13,945 bases of DNA from an uncultured Clostridia bacterium (GTDB lineage: Bacteria; Bacillota; Clostridia; UMGS1810), in contig CAKSFP010000046.1 of assembly GCA_934454585.1 (NCBI GenBank), positions 1 through 13,945 on the forward strand, read 5' to 3'. Positions 1 through 7,662 of the stretch are shown here, in pieces. The translations under genes were made by a program, and so were the position numbers. The notes beneath the pieces were generated by a model. That model saw nothing but the letters and a program-made list of their open reading frames with translations. It was not told the origin of the DNA and did not search any database. Every line of letters starts with the position of its first letter. Position 1 is the first letter of the stretch.

Positions 1-2597
1 CGACTTCTGTTTTTGCAACCGGTGAGCCGGCATATAAAATGGGTTCGTGGTATGATTTGCGTTGGAAACAAAATATTGCAGAGCCTTATGAAGAAGGGAA
101 AACTCCCGAAGATTATCCGAATATAACGGGAACAAGAGTTGTTTCGTATATTACGCACTATTGTTGTCATACCGACGAAACAAATAAAAAAGCGCACAAA
201 AAATCGTTTTATTCAAATTTAACCGAGGATATTATCGATGAACACGCGCTAAACGAAAATGGAATATGTGCGCATTGCGGAAAAGATTTGAGAACGCCGA
301 TTTTCTTAATAGACGCACTTCCCGAAGCAAAGGCAGGAAAATCGTACAATGTGAGAGTCGGTGTAAGCGATGATCCGCCAAGCTTAAAAGATTACATAAA
401 GGCGGTTGTCAGTGAAACAGATGATACGGCATACAGCTTTACGCATGGGCTTACCGGAAAAGCGGATTATAACTGGCGTTACGGTTATTATTATGATATT
501 TCCGGAGTCCCGTCCGAAAGCGGAATGCTTGTCTTCACTCTTTGCGCGGAAAACGAAAACGGTGTAACCAAGAAGACATACACATTAAAAATAAACGAAA
601 GCGATCCGCTTGAAATTACAACGCAAAATAAGTTGGATAATGCAACGGTCGGTTCTGAATATTCGCGCAGTTTATCGGTTAATTCGGATATTGCCGCAAC
701 ATGGAGCGTTGCGGACGGTTCATCGCTTCCGGCAGGGCTTTTGCTTAACCGGGAAACGGGTACAATCGGCGGAACACCGACAGAGAGCGGCAAGTATACC
801 TTTTTTGTGAACGCCGAATGTGCAGACATGACAGCAACCAAGGAGTTTAATATAACGGTTTTGCCGGAGGGCGGCTGTTTGCATGAGGAATTGACATGTA
901 TTCCGGGTACGGCGGCAACATGCATGAAAGACGGAATTGCGGATTATTATTACTGCGGATTTTGTGACAGGTATTATAAGGACGGACAGTGCAAAAATCA
1001 GATTTGGGATATCGGGTATGCGCTGAAATCGGAACTTAAAACCGCCGTTCGGCACACAGACGAAAATAATGACGGCATTTGCGATTTTTGCAGCAAACCC
1101 ATGCCGATATTTGTAAAAGTAACAGACGAAAAGGATATCGTTTACGGCGGTACATATATATTTGTCTCCGAAATCGGCGGTAAATATTATACTCTTGAGG
1201 CGCCGCCGGAGGATGGGAAAACCGGGGAGCGGCGATACCGCAATGTTATGGGTGTTGCCGAGATAGTACCCGGCGCAAACGGCGACTTTGATTTCAACTC
1301 GCTTTGCGCAGCCGATGCTATAATGCTGAAAACGGAATTTGCCGCCGAATGCGGTCCGCTGGACGCAGGAAAACCGCGCTACGGACTGAGTACGGTTTTC
1401 GAAAATGCCCGATACGGACTTATGGGCGATTACAATGTTTACAGTATGTATCCCAACGAACCGGCAAAATACGGTTATCGAATTGCGCTTGAACCGGATA
1501 AATCCGCAAAGATTGCTTCTGTATATAACGAATGCTGGAATATTGGCTCGGACGGAAAATCGGGCGGCAAAGGCGAAGATGTATTGCCATATGGAATATT
1601 ACGCACATTCGATATGAATTATAATGCAGAGAACACAAAATTCATGACGATGCAGACAGAAAGCTATTACAACGGTGAAAAGCAGATTTACAGCGGTGCG
1701 CAAATGACTCAATATCCGGTTTATCTGTACAAAATGACCGTGAGCGGAACGGCCGGCGGAAAGAGCTATACGGTATCCGACAGTCAAAATAATGTTAACA
1801 TATCGGAACTTCCGGGGATGTTTTCCAATTATCAGGGATTGGGACTTTCAAATGTCAGCGGACTTACGAACGCGGTAAATATTGCGTTTGTCACCGATAC
1901 GGTCGCTAATGTGCAGACGGACGCAACCGCACTGGATACAAGAGCATATGCCGATATATCTGTAAACGGGTATACAACCGCAACCGATGAAAAGGGCAAT
2001 GAAATCGCTTCGTCGATTACCTATTCGGTAACTCCTCATTTAAGCATAACCGATGCGGACGGAGCGGTAATTTCAAGTTATGAAATTACCGATGAAAATC
2101 TAAACGGCGCAGAGCTGACAGTTAATTTGCATACCGTCGGCATTGAACCCCGGCAGGTCATCCATTACAAAAAAGACGAAACAAAGGAATTTTTCTATCC
2201 GGCGTACTCCGAACAGGCAACAAACGGCGCAAAAACCTTTGAATATGAATCAGACGGTCAGGGCGGCGGTTTTGTGACAATCCGCATTACAGACTTTTCG
2301 GAGATCAAAATTCTTGCACAAGCCGAGCCGGAAACGGATTATGCAATACGCTATGACGGGAAAACGCTTGCGATAGATTGTAAAGAGGACGGTGCATACA
2401 CAATTGCATTTGCAAGTTATGATACGATCGGTAAAATGACAACGGTCAAAATTGTTGCAACCGGACTTAATGCGGGAGTAAATTCGGATGTTAAAATTCC
2501 GGAGGATGTAACGCTTGAAGCCGGCGACAAAATATTTCTTTGGAAAAATCTCAAGACTCTCAGACCGCTTTGCAGTGCGTATACGGTAAATAAATAA
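1..2597 (+). CDS. Large Cys-containing surface protein with a putative Ig-like (bacterial 'putative Ig domain', PF05345-like) repeat. It is 5'-truncated: the frame is open back to the window edge and the first in-window ATG is at 39.
   Basis: An 852-aa ORF with no stop between position 3 and 39 in frame, so the N-terminus and any signal peptide lie outside the window. The motif 'LPAGLLLNRETGTIGGTPTESGKYTF' (about nt 725-800) is typical of the putative Ig / dystroglycan-type cadherin-like domain. There are repeated CxxC clusters (HYCCH..ICAHCGK; CIPGTAATC..YYCGFCDRYYKDGQC; GICDFCSK). Composition is Thr/Asn/Gly/Tyr-rich, as in extracellular proteins. A weak AT-stem hairpin plus T-tract follows. 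Confidence 0.75.
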   Translation, partial: TSVFATGEPAYKMGSWYDLRWKQNIAEPYEEGKTPEDYPNITGTRVVSYITHYCCHTDETNKKAHKKSFYSNLTEDIIDEHALNENGICAHCGKDLRTPIFLIDALPEAKAGKSYNVRVGVSDDPPSLKDYIKAVVSETDDTAYSFTHGLTGKADYNWRYGYYYDISGVPSESGMLVFTLCAENENGVTKKTYTLKINESDPLEITTQNKLDNATVGSEYSRSLSVNSDIAATWSVADGSSLPAGLLLNRETGTIGGTPTESGKYTFFVNAECADMTATKEFNITVLPEGGCLHEELTCIPGTAATCMKDGIADYYYCGFCDRYYKDGQCKNQIWDIGYALKSELKTAVRHTDENNDGICDFCSKPMPIFVKVTDEKDIVYGGTYIFVSEIGGKYYTLEAPPEDGKTGERRYRNVMGVAEIVPGANGDFDFNSLCAADAIMLKTEFAAECGPLDAGKPRYGLSTVFENARYGLMGDYNVYSMYPNEPAKYGYRIALEPDKSAKIASVYNECWNIGSDGKSGGKGEDVLPYGILRTFDMNYNAENTKFMTMQTESYYNGEKQIYSGAQMTQYPVYLYKMTVSGTAGGKSYTVSDSQNNVNISELPGMFSNYQGLGLSNVSGLTNAVNIAFVTDTVANVQTDATALDTRAYADISVNGYTTATDEKGNEIASSITYSVTPHLSITDADGAVISSYEITDENLNGAELTVNLHTVGIEPRQVIHYKKDETKEFFYPAYSEQATNGAKTFEYESDGQGGGFVTIRITDFSEIKILAQAEPETDYAIRYDGKTLAIDCKEDGAYTIAFASYDTIGKMTTVKIVATGLNAGVNSDVKIPEDVTLEAGDKIFLWKNLKTLRPLCSAYTVNK

Positions 2598-2602
2598 TCG
2601 TA

Positions 2603-2641
2603 ATATCCATTTCGAAAATGTGGATATAAATAAAATTTTTT
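2603..2641 (+). terminator. Weak intrinsic-terminator-like hairpin after the surface-protein gene.
   Basis: A 7-bp stem atatcca (2603-2609) pairs with tggatat (2621-2627) around an 11-nt loop that contains ttcgaa. It is followed by aaataaaatttttt (T-run 2635-2641). The stem is AT-rich, so termination is probably partial. The next gene's RBS follows immediately. Confidence 0.3.
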
Positions 2642-2654
2642 AAGGAGGTTTATT

Positions 2655-3050
2655 ATGAAAGGGAGAAAGTTTTTGAAGGTCACTGGTATTCTGATGATTA
2701 TCGGAGGAGCGTTCGGTATAATCGGAGGTATTATTGCAATGATCGGAGCAGGAGCTTTGGCGGCAGTTCTTGAAACGAGCGCCGGCGGACTTATGCTTGC
2801 AAGTGCTCTGATTCTGGCAAGTGCAGTATTTCAGCTGATTGCCGGAATTATGGGAGTAAAACACTGTGATAACCCCGAAAAGGCACAAAGCTGCCTGGTT
2901 ATGGGTGTCATTGTGGCGATTTTAAGCGTAGCCGGAAATATTATATCAAATGTGCTTGGCAGCGATTTCAATATTTTCAGCTATGCTACCGGCTTGGTTA
3001 TTCCTGTTCTGTACATAATCGGTGCAGTCAAGAACAAAGAGCTTGTATAA
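2655..3050 (+). CDS. Small glycine-zipper integral membrane protein with about 4 TM helices, function unknown.
   Basis: A 131-aa ORF with a strong RBS taaGGAGGtttattATG. It is highly hydrophobic, with repeated GxxxG/GG motifs (IIGGAFGIIGGIIAMIGAG) forming about four predicted TM segments. This resembles small stress-associated Gly-zipper membrane proteins; no specific family is claimed. Confidence 0.7.
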   Translation: MKGRKFLKVTGILMIIGGAFGIIGGIIAMIGAGALAAVLETSAGGLMLASALILASAVFQLIAGIMGVKHCDNPEKAQSCLVMGVIVAILSVAGNIISNVLGSDFNIFSYATGLVIPVLYIIGAVKNKELV

Positions 3051-3064
3051 GTAAATATTCGGCA

Positions 3065-3106
3065 GCTCCCGCCGTCCGGCTTTTTGAGGCGGGAGCGCAG
3101 CCGGAC
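3065..3106 (+). promoter_or_regulatory. Interleaved double stem (H-type pseudoknot topology, or two mutually exclusive hairpins) in the leader of the zinc-ribbon gene.
   Basis: Stem 1 is gctcccgcc (3065-3073) paired with ggcgggagc (3088-3096), 9 bp perfect. Stem 2 is gtccggct (3074-3081) paired with agccggac (3099-3106), 8 bp perfect. The 5' half of stem 2 lies in the loop of stem 1. A T5 run (3081-3085) is in the loop, and the RBS gaggaag plus ATG 3124 lie immediately downstream. Confidence 0.35.
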
Positions 3107-3123
3107 AAAGAGGAAGTGAGACA

Positions 3124-4203
3124 ATGGACATGGTACAGAACTATAAATGCCCTTGCTGCGGCGCTTCGCTGATTTTTCAGAATGAGTCGCTGCACTGCGA
3201 TTCTTGCGGAAATAATTTTGAAATTGACGCAATGCGGCAAATTGACGATGTCGGAGCGCAAATGCAGGGTGAGTCAAAATATGACTGGGAACATTACGAA
3301 CCGAGAAACTATGAGGCAGACGGAGACATTGAACTGGCAAGCTATACCTGCCCTTCCTGCGGTGCGGAAATAACCGGTGACGATACGATGGGGTCGACCG
3401 TCTGTCCTTACTGCGGCGATGCAACGGTGATCAAGGGACAGTTTGAGGGAACGCTGCGCCCTGATTATATCATCCCGTTCAAAATGGAAAAAAAGGCGGC
3501 AATGGAGGCGTTTGAGGCAGATTTCAAAAATGCGCCGTTTTTGCCGGACGAATTTAAGGTTAAGAAGAAAATAGAAGAAATGACAGGCGTTTATGTGCCG
3601 TTTTGGATGTTTGACTGTGACTGCAGTGCTGCAATAACTTACGGTGCACAAATGGTTACAAGTTGGAGTGATTCTAATTATAATTATACAAAAACAGACT
3701 ATTACAGACTTTTCAGAAGCGGCAGTGTGGGTTTTGCCAACATTCCTGTTGACGGTTCAAAAAAAGCGGATGACGCATATATGGAGGCGGTAGAACCTTT
3801 TTGTTATGATGATGCGGTGGAATTTAACGGTGCATATCTTTCGGGATATATGGCGGATAAATATGATGTTTCGGCACAGGAAAGTATAGAACGCGCAAAT
3901 GAGCGTGTAAAAAATTCAACGGTTTCGGTATTTAAGGAGACGACAAGCGGTTACGCTGCGGTGATTCCCGAAAGTACAAAAATCAGCTTCTCCGGCGGCA
4001 AAATACGCTATTCGCTGCTTCCTGTATGGATGCTTAACATCAAATACATGAACAATCTGTATCGGTTTGCAATTAACGGACAGACGGGCAAAGTTGTCGG
4101 TGAATATCCGATTGACAAAAGGAAAAAATGGCGGTATTTCGGAAAAATTGCAGGTTTTGCATATATTGCGGCGGCAGTCATAGCATATTTTCTGCTGCGT
4201 TAG
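3124..4203 (+). CDS. Double zinc-ribbon membrane protein (two N-terminal CPxCG...CxxCG ribbons, a central domain, and a C-terminal TM anchor). It is YdjG-like by architecture.
   Basis: A 359-aa ORF with RBS agaGGAAGtgagacaATG. The ribbons are YKCPCCGAS...HCDSCGN and YTCPSCGAE...VCPYCGD. The C-terminal hydrophobic helix is FGKIAGFAYIAAAVIAYFLL. Its stop is 3 nt before the next start, suggesting translational coupling to the TPM gene. Confidence 0.8.
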   Translation: MDMVQNYKCPCCGASLIFQNESLHCDSCGNNFEIDAMRQIDDVGAQMQGESKYDWEHYEPRNYEADGDIELASYTCPSCGAEITGDDTMGSTVCPYCGDATVIKGQFEGTLRPDYIIPFKMEKKAAMEAFEADFKNAPFLPDEFKVKKKIEEMTGVYVPFWMFDCDCSAAITYGAQMVTSWSDSNYNYTKTDYYRLFRSGSVGFANIPVDGSKKADDAYMEAVEPFCYDDAVEFNGAYLSGYMADKYDVSAQESIERANERVKNSTVSVFKETTSGYAAVIPESTKISFSGGKIRYSLLPVWMLNIKYMNNLYRFAINGQTGKVVGEYPIDKRKKWRYFGKIAGFAYIAAAVIAYFLLR

Positions 4204-4206
4204 GGG

Positions 4207-4992
4207 GTGTGGGTGATGAAAAGAATTATTGTACTTATTGTATCCGTTCTTTGCTTTTTATCAGCACTTCCTGCCTATGCGGAATTTAAGCAGTCCCCTG
4301 TTTCGGATGCGGCAGGGTATTTGACAGAGGAGCAAAATGCGGAACTGACGGAAAGACTTGATGAAATCCGCAGGAAATACAGTTTTGATGTTGCATTCGT
4401 TTCGGAGGACAGACTTTCCTCTTATGACGCACAGAGTGCAGCGGACGATATTTACGATTATGACGGCTATGGTTACGGCAAAAACTATGACGGTATTCTG
4501 TTTTATATAGCAGATTCCGAAAGAAAATATCATTTTTCCGTCTGCGGCAGCGGTGAAACGATATTTAACGAAAACGGTCTTGCCTATCTCGAAAAAAAGA
4601 CTGTTCCGTATTTGAAGAAGGACGACTATTATGCCGCAGTCAAATCATACGCCGATCACACGGAAGAACTTTTGGAGATGGCGGCAGAGGGTAAGCCGTT
4701 CAACAAAACTCAGCACAGCACGAAGTATATCCTGTGTGTGGTTGCCGGGGCGCTTCTTATTCCGCTTGTCCTTGCGTATTTTATGATGCACAAAAAACTC
4801 TGCGCAATGAAAACTGCGGTCAAAGAGGACAATGCCGGCAATTATATGAAGCCGAACAGTATGAATCTTGACTTTTCAAGGGATATATTCCTTTACAGCA
4901 CAGTGGCAAAAACGGAAAAACCGAAATCTGATTCCGGCAGCCATACATCGTCTTCGGGCAGAAGCCATGGAGGAAGGGGCGGAAGCTTTTAA
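4207..4992 (+). CDS. TPM-domain protein (TLP18.3/Psb32/MOLO-1 phosphatase-like; YgcG/YdjH-like) with a signal peptide, a C-terminal TM helix and a Gly/Ser-rich tail.
   Basis: A 261-aa ORF. The N-terminal signal peptide is MKRIIVLIVSVLCFLSALPAYA. The TPM signature reads 'VSDAAGYLTEEQNAELTERLDEIRRKYSFDVAFV...DGILFYIADSERKYHFSVCGSGETI...'. The TM segment is ILCVVAGALLIPLVLAYFMM and the C-terminus is SGRSHGGRGGSF, like the Gly-rich tails of YgcG-type TPM proteins. Confidence 0.85.
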   Translation: MWVMKRIIVLIVSVLCFLSALPAYAEFKQSPVSDAAGYLTEEQNAELTERLDEIRRKYSFDVAFVSEDRLSSYDAQSAADDIYDYDGYGYGKNYDGILFYIADSERKYHFSVCGSGETIFNENGLAYLEKKTVPYLKKDDYYAAVKSYADHTEELLEMAAEGKPFNKTQHSTKYILCVVAGALLIPLVLAYFMMHKKLCAMKTAVKEDNAGNYMKPNSMNLDFSRDIFLYSTVAKTEKPKSDSGSHTSSSGRSHGGRGGSF

Positions 4993-5018
4993 TAAAAAAT
5001 TTTAAGGAGGAGAAAATT

Positions 5019-5897
5019 ATGGGATTCGGTGATTTTTTTAAGAACATTTTTGGCAAGAAAAATTGTGCGTTATGCGGCAAGGAATGCGGCATGATGCACC
5101 GTTCAAAGATCAAGAACAAAGAATTTCTTTGTTCTGATTGCGGAAATTTGTGTTCAAAATATATCAGATTGAGCGAACTCACATTAGATGAAATCAAGGG
5201 GCATATAGAGTATATGAAGCGGCAGAACAGACTTTATGAGGAGGTTTACTCAAAAGAGGGCAAAAAAAGCACCTGCCCGTCAACTGTTAAGGAGATGGGA
5301 ATTGAGTTCTGTGACGACCTGGGAATGTTCCGCATTGTATACAGAAGCGATACGAGCAGAGGTAAGCTCAAGGAGCTTTTCCGCTACGATCAGGTGGCGG
5401 GCTATGAGGAGTACATAGAGGAAACGCCTGCAACCGAGCAGGGAAAAAATCCTGAATTTAAGGAATGCGGATTAAAAATCAAGCTTTTGGGCGGAAATAT
5501 GAGTAAGGTGAATACAGATAATAAAAAAGGACTTCGTCCGCATCCGTATATTAAACGGGAAATTAAAGTCTGCTTCAGCAAAAAAAATCGGTCTGATATG
5601 CAGTATGTACTTAATGCAAAGCGCCATTTTGATTATATTTTCGGTGTTCATGATGACGAAAGAGGCTTATTCGGCTTCGGCAGAAGCAAGGCGGAAAAAA
5701 GAGAGGATGCGGCAGCGATCGGAATGGCGGCTGCATTCGGTACGGCGTTTAAGGCGGCAACAAAGGGAGAGGACTCCATAACGGATGAGGAAAAGGAAAG
5801 ACTCAGGGAAGGCATGGATGCGTTAAACGATGCTGCAACAGGCGGCATGGCGGTTTACACAAGACGCGCAGATGAAGCGGAACAAAGAATCAAGTAA
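5019..5897 (+). CDS. Cytoplasmic N-terminal zinc-ribbon protein with an Ala/Gly/Met-rich C-terminal segment, function unknown.
   Basis: A 292-aa ORF with RBS ttaaGGAGGagaaaattATG. The single ribbon is CALCGKEC...CSDCGNLC. There is no signal peptide or TM helix. The C-terminal region AAAIGMAAAFGTAFKAATKG is amphipathic and low-complexity. Confidence 0.7.
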   Translation: MGFGDFFKNIFGKKNCALCGKECGMMHRSKIKNKEFLCSDCGNLCSKYIRLSELTLDEIKGHIEYMKRQNRLYEEVYSKEGKKSTCPSTVKEMGIEFCDDLGMFRIVYRSDTSRGKLKELFRYDQVAGYEEYIEETPATEQGKNPEFKECGLKIKLLGGNMSKVNTDNKKGLRPHPYIKREIKVCFSKKNRSDMQYVLNAKRHFDYIFGVHDDERGLFGFGRSKAEKREDAAAIGMAAAFGTAFKAATKGEDSITDEEKERLREGMDALNDAATGGMAVYTRRADEAEQRIK

Positions 5898-5912
5898 CGG
5901 GAGGTCTGACAT

Positions 5913-7097
5913 ATGAAAAGAATACTATTGTTGACTCTCATACTGCTGACATTTAGCTGTACGATTGTCTGTGCGGAATGGGAAACATTCAAATCGGCAG
6001 ACGGAGTGTATGAATATACCGGTGATGGGGTAATTACCGCTTATTATGGTGATGAAATCGCAGATTTTCCGGCGGAAATAGACGGTACAAAAATTCATGA
6101 AATAGGCGTTATGGCATGCCTTGACCTCGATATTATATTCATATCAATTGATGAGGGAATCGAAACGATCAACACAAATGCTTTTGAGGGCTGCAATGCC
6201 GAATATGCATATATTCCCGCAACCGTGAAGGATGTCGGGGAACGCGCCTTTGCAAATTGTGTAAATCTTGAGGAAGTTACAATATGCTCGGAAAACACAG
6301 TTTTTGAACATGATGCCTTTACAGGTACGGGGTATATTAAGTTTGATATACCGTGCACGGCGGACGAACAAGCGATGTACGAAAAAATATCCGCTGCAAA
6401 GGGAGACGACTATTTTGAATTTTCAACCATGCACACCGCCCTTGCTGAGAGTATGGAGGAAAAGGACATATACGGGGCAAACATGATTTACTGCAACGAC
6501 TGCGGTTTTAAGGGAAGTAAGTATATGGAAGCAACGCCGCTGCCGTTTTTCGATGTATCGGCGGATGCTTGGTATTATCCTTATGTGCAGACATCTTATG
6601 AATTCGGCATTATAAGAGGAAAAAGCGAAACTGAATTTGATCCGGATGCCGGTCTGACCTGTGCGGAAGCGGCAAAGATTGCAGCCGTAATTCATGACAA
6701 AAACCGTTATGACCGTGAGGAGCAGGGTTTTGTCCTTACCGGTGAAAACTGGTATGACGCTTATGTGAGCTATTGCTATGACAACGGAATAATCGAGGAT
6801 TATATTGTTTTTGATTGGGATAAAAACGCAACGCGTGCGCAGATGGCATATCTGTTTTCGCGGTGCGACACCGATCCGTATTTCATAAATGATGTTCCTA
6901 TAACCGATATTCCCGATGTTTATGATACAACGCCGTTTGCTTATGAAATTTTGGACCTTTACAATAAGGGAATTGCTGTGGGAAGTGATGAATTTATGGC
7001 ATACTATCCCGATTCACAGGTTAAACGGAGCGAAGCTGCAACGCTGATTTCGAGAATTCTTTGCTTTGATATGAGGATCGAATTGCCGAAAGGGTGA
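5913..7097 (+). CDS. Secreted cell-wall protein with BspA-type leucine-rich repeats followed by two SLH (S-layer homology) domains.
   Basis: A 394-aa ORF with RBS gGGAGGtctgacatATG and signal peptide MKRILLLTLILLTFSCTIVCA. The LRR_5-like repeats read 'INTNAFEGCNAEYAYIPATVKDVGERAFANCVNLEEVTI'. The SLH-like segments are 'FFDVSADAWYYPYVQTSYEFGIIRG...' and 'FINDVPITDIPDVYDTTPFAYEILDLYNKGIAVG...'. Confidence 0.8.
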   Translation: MKRILLLTLILLTFSCTIVCAEWETFKSADGVYEYTGDGVITAYYGDEIADFPAEIDGTKIHEIGVMACLDLDIIFISIDEGIETINTNAFEGCNAEYAYIPATVKDVGERAFANCVNLEEVTICSENTVFEHDAFTGTGYIKFDIPCTADEQAMYEKISAAKGDDYFEFSTMHTALAESMEEKDIYGANMIYCNDCGFKGSKYMEATPLPFFDVSADAWYYPYVQTSYEFGIIRGKSETEFDPDAGLTCAEAAKIAAVIHDKNRYDREEQGFVLTGENWYDAYVSYCYDNGIIEDYIVFDWDKNATRAQMAYLFSRCDTDPYFINDVPITDIPDVYDTTPFAYEILDLYNKGIAVGSDEFMAYYPDSQVKRSEAATLISRILCFDMRIELPKG

Positions 7098-7111
7098 TTA
7101 AGGTGAGGCTG

Positions 7112-7642
7112 ATGAAAGTAATTGCGATATTTGCGGTTATTGCCGGTCTTTTCGGATGCAGGGCTCCCGGAGAAAAACCTTTTATGCTGGACGGACCGGG
7201 CATGGTGTATGTTGACAGTGAGCATCGGACAGAATACGCAAATACTCTTGCGTTCGATGAAATTGATGATTATCCCTATTGGGCGGTTGCATATCTCGGA
7301 AATGGAGATGAGGGAAAAAGCGCGGCAACGGTATACATAGAAAAGCTTTTTTCGGAGCTTTCCGAGGAAAAACGCCGGGCAATCGGTCATATTGATTACG
7401 GCGGCGAAAAATGGTATCTTGTTATTCCGCGGTACGGGGATGAAAACGAGCTGATCCAAAACGGCGATGAGAAAAATTCGCAAAAAGTATATGACGGTAC
7501 GCCCTATATCATAAACTGCGGCGGCGATGTGCAAATTTATATCGTCATACGCGGCGGACACAAAATCACGCTTGATACGGATGAAAACGGCAGACTGATA
7601 TGTACACCTGATATATGGGATATAACAGAATATAAAGAATAA
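7112..7642 (+). CDS. Small lipoprotein, function unknown.
   Basis: The track starts at GTG 7094, but ATG 7112 is preceded by RBS aaGGTGAGGctg and gives MKVIAIFAVIAGLFGC, a signal peptide with a lipobox (LFGC). It is 177 aa from 7112 and starts 15 nt after the upstream stop. Confidence 0.7.
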   Translation: MKVIAIFAVIAGLFGCRAPGEKPFMLDGPGMVYVDSEHRTEYANTLAFDEIDDYPYWAVAYLGNGDEGKSAATVYIEKLFSELSEEKRRAIGHIDYGGEKWYLVIPRYGDENELIQNGDEKNSQKVYDGTPYIINCGGDVQIYIVIRGGHKITLDTDENGRLICTPDIWDITEYKE

Positions 7643-7662
7643 AATTTTGAGAGGAGAACATT

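Noticed and set aside
491-1055. Minus-strand ORFs 491-925 and 720-1055 (144 aa and 111 aa) inside the surface-protein gene.
   Set aside because: They lie entirely within a long, well-supported + strand CDS. They have odd composition (Cys/Arg-rich) and no RBS, so they are typical shadow ORFs. The same reasoning applies to all other minus-strand ORFs in the track (1420-1638, 2640-2888, 2981-3424, 3274-3651, 8389-9078, 8501-8878, 9383-9751, 10757-11276, 11298-11687, 11936-12457, 13002-13363).
3065-3106. Reading the 3065-3096 hairpin as a rho-independent terminator between the Gly-zipper gene and the ZnR gene.
   Set aside because: The T-run lies inside the loop, not 3' of the stem, and neither strand has a U-tract after the stem. 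It fits a regulatory or processing structure better than a terminator.
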